A stretch of 64,000 bases of DNA from the NCBI GenBank assembly GCA_965263355.1, contig CBDHHL010000049.1, positions 64,001 to 128,000 of the forward strand, given 5' to 3'. The translations under genes and the position numbers were made by a program. Below the pieces are notes generated by a model. It made no database searches. It saw nothing but the letters and a program-made list of their open reading frames with translations, and was not told the origin of the DNA. Source of the DNA: Leptolyngbyaceae cyanobacterium (GTDB lineage: Bacteria; Cyanobacteriota; Cyanobacteriia; Phormidesmidales; Phormidesmidaceae). Shown in pieces: positions 40,682 through 49,400 of this stretch (position 1 is the stretch's first letter; every line of letters starts with the position of its first letter).

Positions 40682-42121
40682 CTATGGCGTCGGCGCCCAA
40701 ATTCCCTGGAAACCCAAGGGCACTACCTGGAGTAAGGCTAACCGACACACGGGGTCGTGATCTAAATGAGCGGCGTCAAAAATCCATAGTTCACTGCGAT
40801 CGCAATCACCATTGAAAACCACCGTCAATATCCAGCCTGGGTCTGTTGTATTGGGCCTTGGCGCATAGATTGGCAGCGAGGGCCAACAGTTCTCCTCAAA
40901 GTGGGTTTCTTTAAGAGTGCCTGTTTGATGGTCAAACTGGGCGATCGCCCCAGGCAAATCGTCACCACTGATCGAATCAGGTCGTTGCACCGATAGATAC
41001 GTATATCGCCAGGGTCTACCCACATCAGTGGGGGCAGTTGTGGGAAACTCACAGCCGCGATCAAAAAGTTGCTGCTTTTCAATTACCTTGGCTGATTGTG
41101 GATCAATCCGAATCTGCCAAAGAGTACCTGGAGCTGTTGTCTGGGTTTGGCCAGTAAGCACCTCCTGTAAAAACTGATTAATATCAGGAAAGTTTGGATA
41201 ACATACAATATTGGTGAGAATTGAGCCATCGCTATCGTCACAACTATTACCAAATCGCCATTGAAACCAGGTATCAGCCGTACTCCGACTGACCACCGAA
41301 AAGGTCTGACGATCAATCACCAAAACCTGTGTTCCTTTGTTAGGCTTCCAACTCAGCGCTTGACTAAAGCTTTTTTGCTTTGTGAGAAATGGCAATACAT
41401 TCAACGAAACCGGAGGGATGAAAAATATCAGATAGTTCTGAGTCAGGGCAAAATCATGGATCAGGGGTTGTTGCTTGAGACTGTGGTTAGCCTTTTGTAG
41501 TAACTTTCCTGTGGAACTATGACGATATAGATGTAACTGCGCCTGGGGGCCATAGCTGATGCCAAAATTAAAGATTTCTCCCGTCTCTGGATCGATTTTA
41601 GGCAGAACAGCATAGGGCGCATCTGCAGATAACCCCAATGACCTTTCTAGACCAACCGTTTTGAGTGTGTGCCGATGGAGCGCGTGGGGAGCACCAATCC
41701 CCCAAAGTGCCAGCAACCTATCTGGCAGGACTAGCAGTCCAGAATTAGCACTATTCTTGACGGGTAAACTAACCTGTTGCCACAATGAGCCCGACGGTGT
41801 TCGATCATATCCACCAAAAAGAAAGCGTCCGGCCTTTTCTTCCGCCTGGTAACCATCCGTTTGAACATAGCGATAAACACCCGTAGCCCCTGCGTCGGCA
41901 AATCGCACCCCCAACACAGCACCATCGCCGTCGAACCAGTGTCGAATACGTTCGCCAGAGCGTTCCAGCAGGCCAGCCCCATTTTGATATAAGCTTCCTC
42001 TCAATTCCAGGGGAATCTCTCCAGAAATCACATCAAGGGAAGCTGACGAAAACTCGACACCAGAATAAGCCATGAGGGCTTCCCAGGGCCGATTCTTTTG
42101 CAATTGGGTCGAAGGGATCAC
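40682..42121 (-). CDS. Carotenoid cleavage oxygenase (RPE65-family) homolog with degenerate iron site
   Basis: GEIPLELRGSLYQNG, HWFDGDG, IHDF, CEFP, ELWIFDA; AAGGAG upstream of the GTG start. Expected AHPK, WHF and GFHG read VLPK, WRF and GFQG. Confidence 0.88.
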   Translation of the reverse strand: MIPSTQLQKNRPWEALMAYSGVEFSSASLDVISGEIPLELRGSLYQNGAGLLERSGERIRHWFDGDGAVLGVRFADAGATGVYRYVQTDGYQAEEKAGRFLFGGYDRTPSGSLWQQVSLPVKNSANSGLLVLPDRLLALWGIGAPHALHRHTLKTVGLERSLGLSADAPYAVLPKIDPETGEIFNFGISYGPQAQLHLYRHSSTGKLLQKANHSLKQQPLIHDFALTQNYLIFFIPPVSLNVLPFLTKQKSFSQALSWKPNKGTQVLVIDRQTFSVVSRSTADTWFQWRFGNSCDDSDGSILTNIVCYPNFPDINQFLQEVLTGQTQTTAPGTLWQIRIDPQSAKVIEKQQLFDRGCEFPTTAPTDVGRPWRYTYLSVQRPDSISGDDLPGAIAQFDHQTGTLKETHFEENCWPSLPIYAPRPNTTDPGWILTVVFNGDCDRSELWIFDAAHLDHDPVCRLALLQVVPLGFQGIWAPTP

Positions 42122-43323
42122 GAAACAGGTCTCCTTATAAATAAATAAATAAATTAATTAATCAATCAATCAACTGGATATTCCCTTTTCAAACGTCCAA
42201 CTCATTCAAGGGGCACTTTAAGCCCTGAATCACCTCAGGTCGAAAATTGAGCCTTCGCCAAATGTTCAGAATAAGCAGCTGGGGATCTGTTTTAAGAGGG
42301 GTACCTTGTTCACTCAATATACAACCAAGAATTCATGACAAACAAGCTAAATTGCAATCACTCCAAACAGTATTTTATAAAAATTTGATATGGAGTAGAT
42401 CCCTACAAGAAAATTGTTTTGAAGGTAATATTTTTGTATGCTACATAACAAAAATATTACAGGTGCTTGTACAATTAAGAGTAAGAATAAGTAGGAATAA
42501 GTAGGAAGAAAAATTAGTTTTGGACTTTAAAGAAAATAGTATGTTAATAAAAGTCAATGCCCTGGAAAGCCTTTTTGGCTAATGAATTAGCTCATATGCT
42601 CATATTTATATTTTAGTTTTATGTGCATCTCTCCTAACTTATCTATTTAATTAAACCAATTTCGATAATTGACTGCACACACTTCAAAACTAATTTTTGT
42701 CAAGTTTTCTAGATGGTTTTAAGTTTTATCTAACAAAGTTCTATGCTAAGCTTCTTACTATTAATTACAAAAGACACTTGAAGGCGTTTTTTGACCATGG
42801 TAAATATTTAAATATGCCTAGCCGGGGAAATGAGTATAGGTTTTATTTGTTGAATTAGTGTTTTCCTAGCTTGGGGTCCATGAGTCTTTGATAAAAGAAA
42901 TTTTATCGCTGAAATAATGTATTTAACATTGTTTGTTGAGGATTAACTATATTTCGACTGTTTTTTATGTTTTTCGCTGATTTCATAAATAAGGAATTTG
43001 ACGTCCATCCAAAGTGCCTAATCTATTCATGCTTTAGTTTTAGGACTTGAATTAGAACTATTTCGGTTACAAAAGTAACCTTATGGGTCAGTTTTTGATA
43101 AACAGCATACACATAATTAGGAAGAAATTGATGAGCGGTATCTCCATCCAAAATTGAGACTTGATTCAAAGGCAACATTCTGTTTGCGATCTCTTCAAGT
43201 AAATTACTTTGAGGTGTTTTTGAAATCCTCCTACTGAAGCCGCTGTTGATTCCATAGGTTTTCTCACTGAGAGCACCTATGCCTATGGGTAATGCACTAA
43301 ACATTTTTTAATGGGGATAATTC

Positions 43324-46300
43324 TTGATGATTCATTCACCTGAAGGGCAATCAGTTTTAACTAATGATGCCCCTGCGATCGCAATTGTTGGCATGGGTTG
43401 TTATTATCCGGGTGCTAGTGATTTACGCACCCTGTGGGAAAATATTTTGTCTAAGCGACAACAGTTTCGTCGGTCCCTCGACAGCCGGTTGCCTATCGCA
43501 GAGTACTACGATCCAGATCCTGCTACCCCTGACAAAACCTATGGCGATCGGGCGGCAGTGATAGACGGATTTGCATTTGATTGGGTGAAACGGCGAATCC
43601 CAAAGATATCCTTTGAATCTACCGATGTGGTGCATTGGTTGGCCCTAGAAACAGCCCTAAAAGCAATTGAAGATGTTGGCTACACTCGAAAAACTGTTCC
43701 CACTGAACGCACTGGCTTTATTCTGGGGAACACCCTGACGGGAGAACAAACACGTTCCACTACAGTGCGTTTACGTTGGCCGTTTGTCAGGCGGGCTTTG
43801 CAGGCCGCTGCTGCTGCCAAGGGCATGACTGAGGCCACCATAGACGAGTTGGTCTCTTTTATGGAAGGTGTGTATAAATCTGCATTTACCCCCATTACCG
43901 AAGATTCTTTGGCAGGAGGCCTTTCCAATACGATTGCCGGACGAGTTTGCAATTTCTTTGATTTTAAGGGGGGAGGCTACACTGTCGATGGGGCCTGTTC
44001 ATCATCCCTGATTGCCATTGCCACCGCCGCCAATGCTCTGGTCAGTGGTGATCTAGACATGGCCCTGGCTGGAGGGGTCGATATTAGTCTCGACACCTTT
44101 GAACTCATTGGGTTTGCCAAGGTAGGGGCGTTAACAGCCCAAGATATGACGGTTTATGATCGGACCGCCAGTGGATTTATCCCAGGTGAAGGCTGTGGCT
44201 GTGTGGTCATGAAACGTCTGGAAGATGCCCGGCGGGATGGGGATTATGTCTATGCCGTTTTAAATGGCTGGGCCATTTCTTCGGATGGTAAGGGAGGGAT
44301 TACGGCACCGTCCAAGGTGGGACAGTCCAATGCCCTCCAGTGGGCCTACAATCGGGCGGGCTATAGTAGCCATCAACTCGACTTTATTGAAGGTCATGGG
44401 ACCGGCACACCTGTAGGTGACCGCACCGAAATTGAGGGCATCGCCTTAACATTAGCTGCTGATGGTAAGTTGTCTCCCCGCCAGGTAGGGTTGACATCTT
44501 TTAAATCTCTGGTGGGACATACCAAGGCGGCAGCGGGTGTGGGCGGATTTATCAAGACTGTTATAGCGGTCAATCAGCGTGTTTTGCCACCCACCTGTGG
44601 CTGTAAAGAGCCCAACCCTATCTTTGATACGGTGGCCCAAGCCGTTTACCCCATTCTGCAGGGAGAAGTGCGCAGCTCAGATGACACCCTGACAGCAGGA
44701 ATCTCGGCTATGGGGTTTGGTGGCATTAACTGCCATGCCACTATTACCTCCGGGGATACTCCTCGCGATCGCTTAAAGCCCACCCTGCCTGAACGCGCCC
44801 TGATGGTGTCCCATCAGGAAACAGAATTATTTATTTTTAGCGCTGGTACTATCCCTGAGCTGTTGTCACAGGTAAGCGCTGTAGCTAAGGATGCTAGGGA
44901 TATTAGTCTAGCGGAAATGGTGGATTTGGCGGCTCATCTTGCTAAGCAGATAACCCCTCAACAACCTATCAGGGCGGCTGTGATTGCCAATTCTCCTAAG
45001 ACGTTGGTGCAACGGCTGGCCCAATTACAAGATTTAGCCCAGGACCGTCCCTGTGGTCCGGGAACAGTCTTGACAGCCCACCAGGATGGTTTGCCCCAGG
45101 CGGTGTGGCTAAGTCATTCGGCCCGACGAGATCGCGTTGCCTTTCTCTTCCCAGGGCAGGGGTCACAACAGCTGAATATGGCCAGGGTTTTGGTGGAACG
45201 CCATGGCTGGGCTCAAGAGCTACTTCAGCAAACGGATCAATGGTTGGCGGAGATTGACTGTGAGCCCATTAGTACCTACATGTTCCGCTCGACTGATCGG
45301 GCGGCCAATACAGACGAATTAGGGAACTGGATGAAGTCCTTGACCCGAGCTGATATTGCCCCAGCGGCCATCTGTTTTGCGTCATTGTTATGGCACCAAT
45401 ATTTGACCCGATTGGGGATCACCCCCGTTGCGGTGGGGGGCCATAGCTTGGGAGAACTGTCGGCGTTCTATGCGGCGGGTGCCTACGATGCCAAAACCCT
45501 GATTCAGTTTGCAGCAGTGCGCGGTAAAGCGATGCTCTCACCTCAGGGACAAGCGGGCTCGATGGTGAGTTTGGGGTGCGATCTCACCACAGCAGAAAAT
45601 CTTTTGAAACAAATCTCAGGCTATGCCGTTGTCGCCAACATCAACCATCCCCAACAAACCGTAATATCGGGCCATGCCGAAAGTATCAAGCAAGTGCTCC
45701 TAGCAGCAGAACGAGACGTGTTATATGCCCGTCAGCTAGCCGTTGCCAATGCATTCCACTCAGCTCTGGTGGAAGAGGCAGCAGCCCAGGTAAAAGAAAA
45801 GGCACCCATTCCGACAGAACTAACGTCAATTAACATGCCCATTATCTCCGCTATGACAGGTCAGCCTGTCAATGTCGGACTCAAATTGCCTGATTACTTT
45901 GCCCAACAAATCACATCCCAGGTCGACTTTATTTCATTGATCAACACCATCAACCCCCTGTGTGATCTGATGGTCGAAGTGGGAACCGGAAAAGTATTAT
46001 CCAAATTGGCGCAAACCAATTTAGATGGACAACCTGACCGATGCTTTGCAGTGGAAGCAAAGGTGGGAGAAGCCCTGAGTTTGAATACGTTTCTAGGTAA
46101 CTTTTTTGTTCAAGGGGGTGCGATTAAATGGGACATAGTCTATGAAAATCGTATGGTGCGCCCTTACATTTCCCCGTCAGACCGGGTATTTATCGGCAAT
46201 CCCTGCGAAAATCCACTCCAGGTTCCAGAAACCAAACCATTTACCACTGCTCCCTATTCGGGGGCTGTTAACGGCAATACCATGCCTCAAAATGCCTATC

Positions 46301-46434
46301 AACTCTCTGATGATGAGTTAGTTAATGTGCTTTCAGATTACTTTACTCGCCGTGGAGACTTTCTGGCCGAAATTATCCAGGCAGATATGCAGTTTGTTCC
46401 CCTTTCACTAACAGTTAAGCAATATCATGAATAA
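43324..46434 (+). CDS. Enediyne-type (PksE-like) iterative PKS, N-terminal KS-AT part
   Basis: PksE-characteristic GNTLTGE..R....RLRWPFVRR and EDSLAGGLSNTIAGRVCN.FD..GGGYTVDGACSSSL; EGHGTGT; GHTKAAAG; AT GHSLG/NAFHS. The true start may be the ATG at 43327. Confidence 0.9.
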   Translation: MMIHSPEGQSVLTNDAPAIAIVGMGCYYPGASDLRTLWENILSKRQQFRRSLDSRLPIAEYYDPDPATPDKTYGDRAAVIDGFAFDWVKRRIPKISFESTDVVHWLALETALKAIEDVGYTRKTVPTERTGFILGNTLTGEQTRSTTVRLRWPFVRRALQAAAAAKGMTEATIDELVSFMEGVYKSAFTPITEDSLAGGLSNTIAGRVCNFFDFKGGGYTVDGACSSSLIAIATAANALVSGDLDMALAGGVDISLDTFELIGFAKVGALTAQDMTVYDRTASGFIPGEGCGCVVMKRLEDARRDGDYVYAVLNGWAISSDGKGGITAPSKVGQSNALQWAYNRAGYSSHQLDFIEGHGTGTPVGDRTEIEGIALTLAADGKLSPRQVGLTSFKSLVGHTKAAAGVGGFIKTVIAVNQRVLPPTCGCKEPNPIFDTVAQAVYPILQGEVRSSDDTLTAGISAMGFGGINCHATITSGDTPRDRLKPTLPERALMVSHQETELFIFSAGTIPELLSQVSAVAKDARDISLAEMVDLAAHLAKQITPQQPIRAAVIANSPKTLVQRLAQLQDLAQDRPCGPGTVLTAHQDGLPQAVWLSHSARRDRVAFLFPGQGSQQLNMARVLVERHGWAQELLQQTDQWLAEIDCEPISTYMFRSTDRAANTDELGNWMKSLTRADIAPAAICFASLLWHQYLTRLGITPVAVGGHSLGELSAFYAAGAYDAKTLIQFAAVRGKAMLSPQGQAGSMVSLGCDLTTAENLLKQISGYAVVANINHPQQTVISGHAESIKQVLLAAERDVLYARQLAVANAFHSALVEEAAAQVKEKAPIPTELTSINMPIISAMTGQPVNVGLKLPDYFAQQITSQVDFISLINTINPLCDLMVEVGTGKVLSKLAQTNLDGQPDRCFAVEAKVGEALSLNTFLGNFFVQGGAIKWDIVYENRMVRPYISPSDRVFIGNPCENPLQVPETKPFTTAPYSGAVNGNTMPQNAYQLSDDELVNVLSDYFTRRGDFLAEIIQADMQFVPLSLTVKQYHE

Positions 46435-49400
46435 TATCGATTCTGATCAAGAGATGCTGCAATTGCTCTCCCAATATTTTGCGACGAGGGGTAATTTTTT
46501 AGCCCAGGTGATTCGTGCTGATATGCGCACATTACCTGGGCATCAGTTGGCCCAGACCCATAGTGTGAATGGGAGCAATGGCTATAACAACAGCCATAAC
46601 GGCAATGGCTATAACCATCAATTCAACGGTTTATCGACCAATGGTGCGGTCAACAACGGTGCGGTCAACAACGGTGCGGCCAATAACGGTGTACCTCATG
46701 TTCAGGTCGTTACTCCCGTTGCCCCCTCTGTGGTACCTGAAGTAGTACCGAGCCAGACGACGACCCACGACCAGGTGGTAGGTACGTTAGTGAACCTGAT
46801 TGTTGAGAAAACTGGATATCCTCAAGAAAGTATTACATTAGACTCCCGGCTGCTGGATGACCTAAATTTAGATTCCATTAAAGCCGGGGAAGTAGTCGCA
46901 ACAGCAGCCAAGCAATTTGGCGTAACCGGGGACTTAGATCCAACGGCCCTAGCCAATGTCACCCTAGCAGAAGTAGCCCAGGCTATTTGCGACACCCTGC
47001 CCGACGCAGGCCCATTACCAGAGACATCTATCGGTAACAACAACTCTGCCCTGGTGCCCTCGGTTCCCGAGACGAAAAATGTCTCCCAAATGCTGCTGAA
47101 CTTGGTGGAAGAAAGCACTGGCTTTCCCAAATCATCCTTGGCGATGGACATGCGGTTGTTGGATGATTTAAACCTAGATTCCATTAAGGCAGCTGAGCTA
47201 GTGGGACGAGCCGCCAAACAATTGGGCATTGATGGTCAGCTAGACCCCTCCACCCTGGCCAATGCCACCTTAACCGACGTGGCGACTACCCTGGAGAATG
47301 CCGCCACCATGACGGTGCCTGCGCAAGCAGTGAATCCAGCCCTTAAGCCCGCTAAACCGACTGCGATCGCCTTGAGTAAATGGGTGAGAAACTTTGCCGT
47401 TGACTATATAGAAGCGGCCCTGCCCGAACGCACCCCTGAGACCTGGTCTAACGCCAAGGTGAGATTGGTGGCCGATACCTCAGACAGTCCCGTGGTCGCT
47501 GCCCTAGCTGCTCAAATCACCTCCCTGGGTGGAGAGATTGTTCACTCCACATTCACCGAGATTCTATCGGCAGCGGCGGAAACCGGCTATAGCCATATTA
47601 TTGCCGTTTTACCGCAGCCTGCCGAGGCCGCAGAATTATCGTCTCTGCCCCTAGCCGAAATGACCGTGCGGCTAAAGGGCATCACCACCCTGGCCGATGC
47701 CGCTAAGACAGCTTGTGTGGCCTACGTCCAGTTTGGCGGCGGCCAGTTTGGCACAGACTCAGCCCTGGCACCCGAATCCTGTTGTGCCGCCGCCTTTGCC
47801 CGCAGTCTGCATCTGGAGCGTCCCTCTTTGCGAGTTCGGGTGGTAGACCTGGCGTCTGCCCTGGTTCCAGAACAAAGTGCTGAGCTGGTAATCTCAGAGC
47901 TCTCAGGTGAAGAGACTATTGTCACAGCGGGCTACGATGCTGAACAAGTGCGTCGGGTTCCCCAGTCGCGACTGCACCAACCTGCCACCTACACCCCCCG
48001 TGAGCAAAGCTGGTCTAATACCGATGTAATTCTGGTGACCGGTGGTGCTAAGGGAATTACGGCGGAATGTGCCCTGGCCATTGCTGAATCGACAGGGGCG
48101 AAAATGGCCTTGGTGGGTCGCTCGGCAGCGCCTGCCCCCGGCAGCCAGAACGAGATTGCTAAAACGTTGGCTCGATATGGCCAGCAGGATCTGAAGGCTG
48201 AGTATTATTCCTGTGACATTGCCAATCCTGAGGCAGTGGTCACCTTGGTTGAGACTATCACTAAAGAGCTTGGCTCGGTAACTGGCGTTATCCATGGGGC
48301 TGGCTTAAATACCCCCCGTCGGGTAGAACAGGTGAGTTTAGAGGAGGCCCAAAAGGAAGCGGGTCCAAAATTAATCGGAGCGCAAAATCTTCTTCAGGCC
48401 CTCGCTGAGCATCCGCCCAAACTGTTCCTGGCCTTTACCTCCATCATTGGTATCACTGGCATGCCGGGCAACAGCTGGTATGGCTTTGCTAATGAATCTC
48501 TGGCGCTGTTGCTGCGCCGCTTTAATCATCTGCATCCAGAAACTCAGGTGGTCTCCCTGGCCTACAGCGTCTGGGATGAAGTGGGTATGGGGGCTCGCAT
48601 GGGCAGTGTGAAGAACCTGGAACGCATGGGCATTGGGGCCATATCGCCCGAGGAAGGGATTGAGCGCTGTGTCAGACTCTTCCATAATGATCCAGGTGTG
48701 CAGCAGGTGGCCATAGCTGCCCGTCTTGGTGGTTTAGATACCTGGATTCCCATCCCGCAGATTCCCATCGATCAGCTGCGATTTATGGAACGGGTCACCT
48801 ATCTTGAGCCCGGTGTAGAACTCACCGTGCGCACCCATCTCACCCAGGAGAGAGATCTCTATGTCAAGGATCATATCTGGCGAGGGTCCTACCTGTTTCC
48901 CACCGTCTTTGGTTTAGAAGCCATGGCCCAGGCGGCAGCAGTGATATCGGCAGACCCTGAGCCCACCATTGTGCGACTGGAAAATATCTCCCTGCGGCGT
49001 CCCATTGTGGTTAGTCCAGAGACTGGTGTTGAGATTGAAATCCACGCCGAGATGACCGAACTCAACAGCGCTGGTGAGAGGCAAATTAAAATCGGCATTC
49101 GTACTGAACAAACCGGCTTTAACACCGACCACTTCTCTGCCACCCTGGTATTGGGGGAGCGTCAACCCAGTCAAACCCTGAAGCATCAACTTGGTGCGCC
49201 ATTGGCCATTGAGCCCAAACGGGATCTCTACGGCAGTTTACTCTTCCAAGGGGAGCTGTTCCAGCAGATGGATAGTATCTACTCCCTCAGTCGAGAGCAA
49301 AGTCTGCTAGAATCCCATGCCCAAGCCTCAGCCGACTTAACGGAAACCGGCTTCCCCGTTGGCCAGGGCAGTGACTTCCTGCTAGGTGACCCCTATTTAC

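Noticed and set aside
42247..43304. Short ORFs 42247-42504 and 43023-43304
   Set aside because: Non-ATG starts, no motifs, promoter-like composition.
46381..46440. PKS split as a sequencing frameshift or pseudogene
   Set aside because: The duplicated, diverged 33-aa motif on both sides and the ATGAATAA start/stop overlap indicate an evolved two-gene arrangement.
46640..46690. 15-bp repeats encoding NGAVNNGAVNNGAANNG
   Set aside because: Low-complexity linker expansion; no separate function supportable.
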